Positions 34,301 through 45,397 of a DNA stretch of 64,000 nucleotides are shown here, in pieces. The notes below the pieces were generated by a model. It did no database searches. It had not been told where the DNA came from and saw only the letters and a list, made by a program, of their open reading frames with translations. Made by a program: the position numbers and the translations under genes. How positions within the stretch are numbered: the stretch's first letter is position 1; each line of letters begins with the position of its first letter. The stretch comes from Strigamia acuminata (lineage: Eukaryota): the NCBI GenBank assembly GCA_949358305.1, contig OX442314.1:30690001-30754000 (forward strand), given 5' to 3'.

Positions 34301-34863
34301 AAATTGTGACCAAGTATCAAGCCACACACTCGTTTTGCTAAAACGATGAAATTCATTGGTGTAAATTCATCAGCCCATTGCACGCACAAAGTTATTTGTC
34401 CGACAGGCTTGTGTGCTACGCCTACAGCGTTAACCAACATGTTTCTGGGGGCCTCTTGTAAAAATTCGGGCAGAGCCTGAGTTTCAGACAAAAGTTGTTC
34501 TCCAATGTAACATTGAGATGCTCCTGTATCCATGAGCGCGTTGTAGGTGAGCCCACCAATTGTGATCTTCATTCGAGGATCATCTTTATTATTACCCAAA
34601 GTAATATTGTGCAAATTATTACCACCTATGACTCTGTTGAGTCGGCGGAGTCTACAGAATTTCTTCGTGTAGCACTTGTGAGGAAACAATGTCAGATTTT
34701 TTAATTGCTCCGTCATTTCTTGCAGATTCTCATCTACTCCGCCACTATGACTCGTGGCTATTTCAAGACAAGTTGTATCTACATCCATAAATAAAGTTTC
34801 CGATGCAGCATTAGCTACTTCTGGGGGATGGAATAAACCTTCGTCCCCCGGATCTAGTTTTTT
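31344..34863 (-). CDS. pol: Gypsy pol (protease, RT, RNase H, integrase), C-terminally truncated; entered by -1 frameshift
   Basis: ALMDTGAS, YLDD, MTDAS, H..H..CxxC, MDLMGP/SDNG/ERANR. Confidence 0.93.
34823..34863 (-). promoter_or_regulatory. -1 ribosomal frameshift signal: A AAA AAC plus GGGGGA...TCCCCC stem-loop
   Basis: Heptamer directly before the gag TAG; the -1 frame is open into pol; identical at 60954-60994. Confidence 0.85.
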
Positions 34864-37040
34864 GAACTAGTAGCACTTGAATCTGTCGATTCGGGCTTGA
34901 TCAAAGTTTTGACCATTTCTGCCAACGAGTTGGTCAGCGAAGTTTGTAACTTATTTTCAAAAGTATTTAATTTCGCATCAAGTTTAGCATCTAGTGTTGC
35001 ATCCAACACTTCTTGAGTTATCCACCTATTATTAGGCCGTTTAGAAGTCGGATCCACAGTCGGGGAATCCGGAGTACCACGTTTTTGTAACTCTTCAGAG
35101 TTGAAATTCGTACGTGGTTTTGGATTTGTACATTCCCGACGCATATGTCCGGGCTGTTTACAGTTATAGCAGACTAATTGACCACGTCTGGTCTGATCTA
35201 CTACCCCATTTATTAGATAAACGGCTTCACATTCCTCGGGTAACTCTTCATCACAGAAATTAAGTTGTTCTTGTGAATCTAAAGTTAGTGATTTAGCATT
35301 CGTCTTCGGTTGAGGACGGTTATCAGTTTTCCGAGGTGGGAAAACAACTGGATTGGAATTATTTTCCTTTACTCCGTTAGCTGTACGACTGTACAAGCTT
35401 TTGCTTTTTGTTACAGCGTTATAAATCTCTGTTAGAGGTAAGTCCGCTAGGCCTTGCATATGCAAAAGCAAATCATTAGCAGGAGTTACACTCCCAATAA
35501 AAAGACTTCCAGCCCCTTTCGCGTCGAGGTTGTCTTGTAATATCCATAACTGGTAATATTTGTGCATAAAGTCGTAAAGACTTTCTGTTTCAAGTTGTCT
35601 CAACTTGGTTAGTTGGTTCGTCCGCTCTTGTCGAGTGGCCACGAACCTCTCTTTGAACGCTTGTTCAAATATATCCCAAGATGTGAAATCTCCTCTCCTT
35701 TCATGGAACCAACCATGCGCTTGCTCGGTTAGATAACCAGCAACGCCTTTAACAAGCATGTCATCGAGTGACATGTTTCGCAAGAAAGCGACATTTTTTA
35801 CAATAGTGAGAAAGCGTTCGCTTTCATCTGCCTTTCCGGAGAATACAGGGATATCTGGGGGCTTCAAACTGTTAGTTTGAGGGACAATGGCGGAACTTTT
35901 TCCAGCCTGCATCAAAGTGTGCATGGTCGTGGCAATTGACGCGAGGTCATCAGCCGTCATTCCAAAGCTACTTGGAGGACGCGAATGGTCATTTGACGAT
36001 CCACCAGTGTTTGATTGACTCGAGTTATTTTGACTTGAGCCACCATTATTAGGGTTGAAATTATTCGACCCTCCCTGATTTGGTCTACTGTGGTTACCAA
36101 AGTTCGAATTACCTTGATTCCCATAATTCGAATGATTATTAGAATTACCCCGATTGTTAAAATTCGGACGGTTGTTCGAATTTCCTGGACCACCAAAATT
36201 CGGACGGTAGTTCGAATTACTTGGTGTCCCCTGATTCAAATAATTATTGGAATCTCCTTGCGTTTCAGGATTAGAAGGATTATTTAAATCATTCGTATCA
36301 ATCAGGTTATTTGAGTTCGGAGGAACTGAGCGACCCTTTTGCATGTTATGTGCTGGATTAGAATTGTTTGCAAATCTAAAGTTTGGGTCGAAACGATTGT
36401 TTGGACCTCTTGTCGCATTTAAATTTGAATTCAAATTTCCAGCGAGATTCGGACAGCTAGTTGATCCGTTGGGGAAGCTTGGAGTGGGGTTGGCCATATT
36501 AGGTGGACCCATATTCGCTCTGTTGAACGTATTCTCAAAGTTTCCGGGATTAGTAAATCCCCTTTGTTGGTTGCGAGCGAAGTTATTCGCTCGCAATCGT
36601 TGTTGGAAAGCACGATTAAAATCTCCTGGTGTCAAATTCGATTGATTTTGACGTGTAGGTTGTGCAGTTTTATTTCTATATCTAGAAATAGGCGTCGAAG
36701 GAGTGGGACTAAAATTATTTAATCTTTGGCTGGCTGGGGAATTAGGTTGCTCCGACGTAGCACGACGCGCGTGCACAAAATCTAATACTTCGGTCAATGA
36801 TCTAAATTGGTTTGGGTTCAAACCGTGATCCTGACAAAATAGTAGACCGCCTCGGCCTAAATGAGAACCTTCAGGAATGCATTCCTCTTCTCCCGGCGGA
36901 GTAGGTTCACGTGGAATCCTATGTTCACCAGATGGTCCGGCTGTTTCATTTGAAACGCCATTGTGGACCGCGTGGTCTCCCACTTCTTCCATTCCATTAG
37001 GAACAGGTACAAACCCGGATAGATTCATTCCACCGGTCAA
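34854..37040 (-). CDS. gag: Gypsy gag with Asn/Gly/Ser-rich low-complexity region, capsid region and CCHC knuckle
   Basis: CYNCKQPGHMRREC; YLTEQAHGWF...WDIFEQAFKERF. Confidence 0.88.
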   Translation of the reverse strand: MTGGMNLSGFVPVPNGMEEVGDHAVHNGVSNETAGPSGEHRIPREPTPPGEEECIPEGSHLGRGGLLFCQDHGLNPNQFRSLTEVLDFVHARRATSEQPNSPASQRLNNFSPTPSTPISRYRNKTAQPTRQNQSNLTPGDFNRAFQQRLRANNFARNQQRGFTNPGNFENTFNRANMGPPNMANPTPSFPNGSTSCPNLAGNLNSNLNATRGPNNRFDPNFRFANNSNPAHNMQKGRSVPPNSNNLIDTNDLNNPSNPETQGDSNNYLNQGTPSNSNYRPNFGGPGNSNNRPNFNNRGNSNNHSNYGNQGNSNFGNHSRPNQGGSNNFNPNNGGSSQNNSSQSNTGGSSNDHSRPPSSFGMTADDLASIATTMHTLMQAGKSSAIVPQTNSLKPPDIPVFSGKADESERFLTIVKNVAFLRNMSLDDMLVKGVAGYLTEQAHGWFHERRGDFTSWDIFEQAFKERFVATRQERTNQLTKLRQLETESLYDFMHKYYQLWILQDNLDAKGAGSLFIGSVTPANDLLLHMQGLADLPLTEIYNAVTKSKSLYSRTANGVKENNSNPVVFPPRKTDNRPQPKTNAKSLTLDSQEQLNFCDEELPEECEAVYLINGVVDQTRRGQLVCYNCKQPGHMRRECTNPKPRTNFNSEELQKRGTPDSPTVDPTSKRPNNRWITQEVLDATLDAKLDAKLNTFENKLQTSLTNSLAEMVKTLIKPESTDSSATSSKN

Positions 37041-38034
37041 ACAAGTTCTTTCCTTACCGCGGGTGTTGATTGGTCAAGCATCAACGCTAGTCTCGCGAGA
37101 GTCCAATCTCATTCGAGATTGGTGGAAATCACTAAGTTCGTGGAACCTTAATCTGGTCAGATTTCAGGGTTAAGACGTAGTCGCAAAACAACACGGATAC
37201 TTTTCAAAGTATTCTAAACATTGCCAAATTTATTTAATAAAAATGACCTTTTACGAGAATTTTAAAGTATTAAAACCCACAATATTAGTAAAGCGCGTCG
37301 AATCGTTTGAATCGATGGCTTCTCTGCACAACTTGGTTGCTAGGCAACACGACAGTGAGAATTTTCTTCGCTAAAAATTCGAATGGTATTCCATTCGTAA
37401 AATTCGATTCCAAGGTCTTGAAATCATGATTTTTAACCAACATTTTAATGTAGATTACATTTGTAAAATAAGGTAAACCATTTTGAAATAAAATATAAAT
37501 TTTAATTCCTTTGAAAAATATCAATTTTCTTTCTATTTATTTAGACAAATAAATTTAGGTTTAACTTGAAGTCTCAAGCAAAATTACTTATTTAGAATAT
37601 TCCAAAAATAAAGCAATTGTTAAATTGATAGAATTCTTTAAGAATTCCGTCAAAGTCGAACTTTTCAAAATTAGGCCCAACCGCGTGGTTTTGTCATATT
37701 GTCGACGACAAAATGATGCCACCCGGGCGGGGTCAACCTTAACAAGTTCGGGCAAGACTTTTCCGTTCTCGGGGTTAGGCCTTTAGGCCTGACCACGCGG
37801 TAGAAATTATTATTTTGTTAAAACAAATAATTTCCACTGCGGAGAAAACAGAATAAAGTGAGTGACACTTATTATCTTTACAACAAGCTTTAAGACGAAA
37901 ATAAAATATATTAGACACTGATAAATCTCAAACGAAATTTATTTTCTACACACAAAAATCACCGTAAACGTTACACTACTCGAATTCATCATGGACATGC
38001 AAAACTTCAAATTTTATTTAAAATTTGGCAGCCT

Positions 38035-38052
38035 ATCTCGGTAGAACCTCCA
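38035..38052 (-). promoter_or_regulatory. Primer-binding site, tRNA-Gln
   Basis: Plus strand ATCTCGGTAGAACCTCCA matches the tRNA-Gln 3' end +CCA; 2 nt from the LTR. Confidence 0.85.
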
Positions 38053-38054
38053 CT

Positions 38055-39798
38055 TGTGACAATTCTACTTTTGGGCTAATTTATTAGTCCTTTTTGAGAT
38101 AGATAATTCGGTTTATACAAGACGTTGCTAAGTTTAGCAACAACCTAACCGAGATAAGCTACAGAAGTCTTTACAAACATGAATACTTGATCGAATAGAA
38201 ATAACTTACAGTTTTAGTGTGACATAACATATTTATTACTAAATAATAATGATAACAAAGATGGGTTCTTGACGCGTGTAAGCGGGCGGCATCAACTGGT
38301 TGAGGATCCGGGCGAAGCCAGAGGGATACGGCTGACTTGCGGCATCGTCACAAATATCGCTACGGAGACGTATTTGGTCCGCAGCATCGGTTATCTAAAT
38401 ATGCGAGGAGTCCTTCGCATAAACAGGAATATTCGGCAGAATATTCCATAATTCAAATGAACAAAAAGTAAAGTGGTTAAATGATTATAACAAATGAATT
38501 GTTATATAAATATTAATTGGGCGGGGACCGTCACGACAATTGAGAGAACGTCGCGGGAGTTGTTGAGACTCCATCCGCCAGCATGCCTTACGACGACAAG
38601 ATCTCGTGATCAGGCGCCGAGTATTTAATTGTGTGCTTTAACTCGCTATCGGTGGTACCAACCACCAGGTAAACATTTCTATGGACTTACCGGGTTTAAA
38701 AGATATTGCCAATACAGGATTACCAATGCCCGAGTAATTTGTTTAACACGACATATTTTATATATCGTTCACGAGTTACTAACCCGGAGGGTACAATGGG
38801 GCGGGGACCGTCACGACGGTTGAGAGAACCATTGCGGGAGGATTTGACTCCTCCATCCGCCAGCATGCCTTACGATGGCGGGATCCACTGATCGAGCACC
38901 GGGTAAAATATTAATCGGCCACTGCCGTTGGATTACCATTATCCAGGTAGTTGTTTCTCGCAACATCTGAAGATATTACTCACGGGCTACCAACCCGGCG
39001 TGTTACCTGTACATTAGGCCTTTACCGACTTTTAACGAGCGGAAGGACCAATCGTAGAAAGACGGGAACCTGCGAGGGCTGTTTACAACAGCCATCCTGC
39101 AGCGGACTGAGGCCAGTTAGCTGAGGGACCTACTTTCATTTAGCAAGGTCGTACTGTATACGACCGTTATATTAAGCCACCGTACGAAATCCTACTGTCC
39201 CGTAGAACAGCTGGCTAACGTTACGGGGCCATTTCATGCGAACGCATGTCTATTACCGGAGTTAGCCTTCCCGAAAAGGCCCTACAACAACAATAACAAT
39301 AGTAATGAATACCGATTGTGGAGAGCTGAGGTGGCCTGATGTGTCGATAAGAAAGTGAGATCAAACGATAACAACAATTCAATTACAGACATATACAGTT
39401 ATCAAGCCAGGGGGGTGAGAGGGTGAAAAACTGATGCTTATATAGTTCTGTAGAACTACTAGATTGGCGACAGCCAATCAGCATACGAATCGGCGGATTC
39501 GTGGGTCACTAGTCCGGACCTAATATATGACTATGTCCAGATGGGCCCAGTTGGGGTCCGGAAGGGTCCAGTTGGTTCCCTTCGACAGGTAAGTAGCGTG
39601 GATATTGATTCAACAGAGTCAACATCATCAAGTAATTAATACTTAGTTTATATCGAATAAAATAGTTATATTTTATTCACCGTGTCTAAATAATTATTTA
39701 TCACACTTTTTAGTTTTTATCGAGTTTGAATTATGCGCGTTTGGTAAACAGCGCCATCTGTTGTGAACATTGATAAATACGGATTTGTAATCATCACA
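38055..39798 (-). repeat. Gypsy 5' LTR (~1.74 kb); TATA-like CTATATAA at 39438-39445 on the minus strand
   Basis: Highly similar to 56359-58111; TGTGA...GTCACA ends. Confidence 0.92.
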
Positions 39799-40494
39799 CT
39801 TTAACCTGCATTAATTCTCTCCTTGTTTTAATCTTTACCCATACCTTGTAAAATCCATACCCCAACTCGTATATTGTTCTACGACAGGTTTCTGTGGATA
39901 CATGATTACCAACAACTTCACTCCGCTTAGCTGCAATTGCTCTTGTGCTATCACGTCAATTTTGTTTTATTAATCTGCGTAAGGAACTGTCATCATGTTT
40001 GGATGTTATTCTTGGCCCTCCAATTTTTGGTTTCACATTAACTATGGTATGCCACTTGTTTCAAAATGTATTATAATGTTTTGGCCTGTTGTTTTAAGTG
40101 GGGCGATCCAGGTTTTTACTCGCTAAAATAGTTAATCTTAACAAATATATCACCGTTGAGATGCCTTATAGGACTTCTACTCAGCGGCCAAGGTTGACTA
40201 GGGGAAATGATTTTACCCAAACAGAAATAAAAGAATGCAGTAATGCAGTCGTTTTAATTGTTCTTAAGTTACAAGATGAATATGTGAAAAATGATATTGT
40301 ATGCTTACCACAAATATCCCACATAAAACTACGAAATTTAGCAAAAATTAGCCACAGTGATAATGTTTCTGTGCAAATATTTTCTCGACTAATCTTTGTT
40401 TTTATGTTATGCAAAGTAATTTGCATCCTGCATCCTTATTGTTTAGTTTATTTAGTGCAAAAACTTCATTTCTTTAATGGTAATTACAAATATA

Positions 40495-41158
40495 CAGGGT
40501 GGTTCAGAAAGTCTGGTTCACAGTAAATAAATCCCAAACCGTTTTAGATGTTGATTTAGCAAAATGATTGTAAGGGTAGTAGTTTGGGGGAAATCCAATT
40601 ATGACATCCAACTTGACCTCAGAGGTCATCTTCAAGGTCATCCATCATGTAACTCGAGAACCGTGGCAGATAGAGAGAAAAGGTGAATTAGAAAGTTGTA
40701 GAGGACCATCTAATTAGTCTAGAACTGTTCTTAAAAAAATTATCTCTTACTGAAAAGTTTTCAGACAAAAAGGTTTGAAATGTTCGTCTACTCAGCTGTG
40801 TAACCTAAAACTATCATGTTGGAATGTATTTCCAAAATAAATTATTTCCTTTCTTTTGGGTTTCCTCTCGTCCACTTACAAGTATGACCCAATAAAGTGT
40901 CCTAATTAAGGATTATTTTAAGAACACTTCTAGACTAATTAGATGGTCCTCTACAACTTTCTAATTTACTTTTTCTCTCTATCTGTCACGGTTCTCGAGT
41001 TACTATATGGATGGCCTTGAAGATGACCTCTGAGGTCAAGTTGGATGTCATAATTGGATTTTCCCCAAACTACTACCCTTTACAATCCTTTTGCTAAATC
41101 AACATTTAAAATGGTTTGGGAATTATTTACTATGAACCAGACTTTCTGAACCACCCTG
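40495..41158. mobile_element. Tc1/mariner-type MITE family A with long TIRs
   Basis: TA|CAGGGTGGTTCAGAAAG...CTTTCTGAACCACCCTG; empty site near 28565. Confidence 0.9.
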
Positions 41159-41448
41159 TGTATCTTTTAATGTGTTTTTTACAAAAAAAAATTTTAGAAT
41201 ATTTTTGTGAGTACCTTACATCTATACTCTAGTCAAATTAACCATTTTTATTTCAGGATGTAAAACTAGTTTAGCATTCCTACTGCGAAATATCCTGGAT
41301 TGGGATCCGGGCTATCGCATTTCAAATGCAATTATCAAATAATTACCAGGAATGCAATACAGAGTCTTATGATTTCAGCTATCAATATAACGACTCCTCC
41401 AGACCCAAACTCAACTCGAAGCGAATCGCAACGAGCAAGGCAACCACC

Positions 41449-41605
41449 ATGAATGTGAGTTTTAATATCTAATACCAACTAGTGTTAAAAATTCACTCAA
41501 TTTTAGAAATTTATTCTCATCCTTATTCTGGGCGTGATCGTCGCTGTACACTCAAAACACCACAAAAAAAAAGGCACAAAAGGAGTTGCAGCAAGATACG
41601 GTGGC

Positions 41606-41637
<32 letters not shown>

Positions 41638-42037
41638 TGGCGGTGGCGGTGGCGGTGGCGGTGGCGGTGGAGGCTTTGGTGGAGGCGCTGGCGGCTTTGG
41701 TGGAGGCTCTGGTGGCGGCTCTGGTGGCGCTGGCGGCTTTGGTGGACGCCCTGGTGGCGCTGGAGGCTCTGGTGGAGGCTATGGTGGCGCTGGCGGCTTT
41801 GGTGGAAGCTCTGGTGGCGCTGGCGGCTTTGGTGGACGCCCTGGTGGCGCTGGAGGCTCTGGTGGAGGCTATGGTGGCGCTGGCGGCTATGGTGGAGCCT
41901 CTGGTGGCGCTGGCGGCTTTGGTGGACGCCCTGGTGGCGCTGGAGGCTCTGGTGGAGCTGGCGGCTCCGGCTCTGTTGTACACGGATATGGGTATGGAAA
42001 ACAAGGATATGGATATGGAGGTAAAAGACGTCGTTAA
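41449..42037 (+). CDS. Secreted Gly/Ala-rich protein with poly-Gly and GGAGGFGGRP repeats (member 8); exons 41449-41454 and 41507-42037
   Basis: ATGAAT|gtgagt...ttttag|AAATTT; signal peptide; ends YGYGGKRRR. Confidence 0.88.
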
Positions 42038-42310
42038 TTCAGCACCCAACTAACCACTTCCAAAGCCGCAAGCAGAAGCATTAATGAAACCCTTTTCCAT
42101 TTTTCAAAAATCAACTTATAAACAAGGAAATAATGTTTTTTCTTCTTGTATATTATATTCGTACGGTAATATAGTTTACTATATGTATTGTAAAATTAAA
42201 TATTTGAATTATAATGTCATTTTTAAAGAGGAAAGTCGCAAAAATTTTAACATTAATTAAAAAACATCAAATTATCATGCAAAAAAAATATTTTTGAGAA
42301 TAGTTTAAAA

Positions 42311-42871
42311 CAAGCTGGGATTTGTAATGCAGGGAAGCATTACATATTAGACTTCTAAACCCTGTCCTTTTGTCCCTAAATAAAACACCGAAATAAAAGA
42401 AAAGTAATTTAAAAAAAAAAAAAATTTTTTTTTTTTGCCAATATAAAGCAACAACAAACAAAATCCCACCAAAATTTGAAATGATATGCTGCGGAATTGT
42501 TGCATCCGGGGTTTGCTACAATCGGGAAATAAATCGCGCGGAAAACGTATCGCAACGTATGGCTCACGGGATCCGCCAGGTGGCGCTAGTACAATGTTAC
42601 AACTTCCTGTGCAGGACGGAAGTAGTATTATTAGACGGCTAAAAGTGCACTAAAACCGGTTTATTAATTCAACCGGAGGTCCGAGAAATCTGAAAATACC
42701 TTACAATACTAATATAAGCATGCTGAATTTAATGCCGTTGTCCGTTTTGCTCTAGCTGCTATAGTTTTTGCGGAATCGTTGACGACGGACGGACGGACGA
42801 ACGGACGGACGGACGGACAGACAGACAGAACCGTTTCATGAGACTTTCTAAACATCAGGTTTAGAAGTCTA
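42311..42871 (-). mobile_element. Helentron-associated non-autonomous element (HINE/DINE-1-like)
   Basis: Subterminal IR TAGACTTCTAAAC, (GTCC/GTCT)n microsatellite, 3' hairpin TGTAATGC..GCATTACA, CTTG-TTTT end, no TSD; absent from the paralogous flank near 16150. Confidence 0.8.
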
Positions 42872-43354
42872 AAACTTGGTTTTTTCTGCTTGTTTTTTAA
42901 AAAAAAAGGTAAAGATTGTATTAAATAATTAGAAATTAAAAGTTAAATGCTGAAATTAGCTGTTCACTCGCAAGTGTTGCTGGTCAAAATCTTGAAAATA
43001 ATTTCTTTTCACCTGTGCACTTTTTTCATTAAATGTTGCGATAAAGTTGTCATTTCTGAGTTAGCTTCATCTCGCTACAGAGTGGTCAAGATTCCAAGTT
43101 CTCCTGTCGGTTACTCAATTTTAATTCTTTTTGGCTACTAGATGTGATGTTTCTGTTCGATCTGTGTTATTTTCACTGCATAGCGAAGTCTGCGCCATCT
43201 ACCTTCTAATATCTACCATCTATACGTATTTGTCATTGAATTAACTAAATATTTTAGATTATTCGGTGTTGTCCTTAGCATGGGTACGTGCATTATTTGG
43301 TGAAATTCAAACATTGGAACATTAATTTCATCTCTAAATGGAAGAAGAATAATA

Positions 43355-44575
43355 CAGGGTGGAACAAAAGTCTGTTCCCCTCAAATATTTCCTCAGGAAT
43401 TGCATCTAGGACAACTTTGATGAAGCAATCGTATAGGAAGTTGGGTGAGTGCAATCCAATGATGTCATCAAATTTGACCTTGACGGCTATTTTCAAGGAT
43501 ATTCACTTGCTAACTTCTAAACCAATCAGGTTAGAGCAAAAAAGTCAATTACAAAGTTGTAGAGCACCATCAAATTAGTACTATTCAACTTATCTTAGTC
43601 ATCTTAAGTTAAATGTTTTCCTTTTAAAAAGGAGACAAATCAGCTGAAATAAAGCCAGCCATTGTGACAAAACTTAAATTTCTATCACAAAAATACTGAA
43701 TTACTTAAATAAACGTATTCAAATGTGCATCATTATGCAAGTAAACAAGAAAAACCACTGCCTTTTTTTAATGCCTCAATAATTATTTTATCACAAGATT
43801 AACCCTTGGCTATACGGATTTATGAACAAGCTTTTTCTTGAATAGGAAAATTTTTTTTCCTACGAATTTTTTTTGTTGAAAATTTGTGACTTTGTTGATC
43901 GGATAATAAAGTAAATCTCGGGTGAAATTTGTAATAATTCATCATTTATTTAATTAAATATTCAACTTGGAAATTTTCTGCCCCTTAAAACTCCAGCATA
44001 ACTTTTAAGCTGGCTTTGCTGTATTTGTAAACAGCGCTTCAGTGAACAGCTTTTCGCATTTACCAGTAGTGATTAAAACCACCTCCAGATGGCTCAAATC
44101 TATTTATTTTTATTGTTTAGGCATTACGTTCTCAATAAAATTAGTTCCGAACTAAAAACAAACTACATGGCGCTTTAACCAATCGACTTAAAAATTGTCC
44201 ATAAATCCGTAATGGCTAAACCAGAACGGCACATTTTATCCTTATGCCTCCGAGGGTTAAAAAATTTCACTTTGCTAATTTTTTTTCTGATTTGTCTCCT
44301 TTTTAAAAAGAAAACATTTAACTTAAGATGACTAAGATAATTTGGATAGTACTAATTTGATGATGCTCTACAACTTTGTAATTGACTTTTTTGCTCTAAC
44401 CTGATTGGTTTAGAAGTTAGCAAGTGAATAACCTTGAAAATGGCCTTCAAGGTCAAATTTGATGACATCATTGGATTGCTCTCACCAAACTTCCTATACG
44501 ATCGCTTCATTAAAGTTGGCCTAGGTGCAATTGCTGAGGAAATATTTGAGGGGAACAGACTTTTGTTCCACCCTG
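43355..44575. mobile_element. MITE family B copy 2, containing a nested piggyBac-type element
   Basis: Same TIRs as 29630-30393; TA TSD. Confidence 0.9.
43803..44256. mobile_element. piggyBac-type non-autonomous element
   Basis: TTAA|CCCT...AGGG|TTAA; absent from the copy near 30070. Confidence 0.85.
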
Positions 44576-44955
44576 TATATTGCTTGAGAATGTGGTGAAA
44601 CAAATACAGAATTTTGTGTAACAACTGCAATAGTCGGCATCAAAATTGGACTTGCAACTAAAAAACCTGTAGTGGTCTCAAACTTTTTTCCACCACTGTA
44701 TGTTGTTATAATGACTGCATAATAATATTTACTAAAACTGACGAATATGTGTATTCTTTACTCACAACGACAATAATTAACGAATACAAAATGTGCCCAA
44801 ATTTTGAGAGATTCATCCACTTTGAGGTTGCTGGCGTTTAATTTGTGCTTTTCAATTCGAATAACAATAATTTGATATTTTTAACGCCCAATTAATGTTA
44901 AATGTAATTTTTGATACAATTTAATAATAATAATATAAAATAATAATTCTAACTA

Positions 44956-45167
44956 CAGTTCGCGCCTGGTATCTTGATGCTAAATTCGTACTGCGCATCC
45001 CATTCTGCGCAAACGATTTTCTAATTCCAGCAGTATTAAGCCTAATATTAGGCCCCAAAATGCTAAAATAAAGTAAATAAATATCAAAATATTTTTGTTT
45101 ATTTATTATTTACCGGTATTTATTATTTATTTATTTATTTATTTATCACGATACCAGGCGCAAACTG
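44956..45167. mobile_element. Small TA-flanked MITE
   Basis: TIR CAGTT(C/T)GCGCCTGGTATC. Confidence 0.75.
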
Positions 45168-45397
45168 TAGGTTTTATAAGTCTAGAACTAAAACCTCGAC
45201 TAAAACTAATCCGTATGCACTAAATCTAACGCCCGCCATTCGTCGACGACCACTGTTCGTTTGATCGAATCACGGCGTATAAACGCAATCACAAATCCTG
45301 AAAATTATACATACCGGTATATCAGCGGCAGTGTATTCCTTACATCAATAACGTGGACAATTCAAGTGATTAAATTTAAAACACAACTAGCTTTAAA

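Larger units (their letters stand above)
31344..39798 (-). mobile_element. Ty3/Gypsy retrotransposon copy 1, 3'-truncated (5' LTR 38055-39798; no 3' LTR)
   Basis: LTR TG...CA, tRNA-Gln PBS, gag and pol; after integrase it abuts host sequence paralogous to 16370-16449. Confidence 0.92.
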
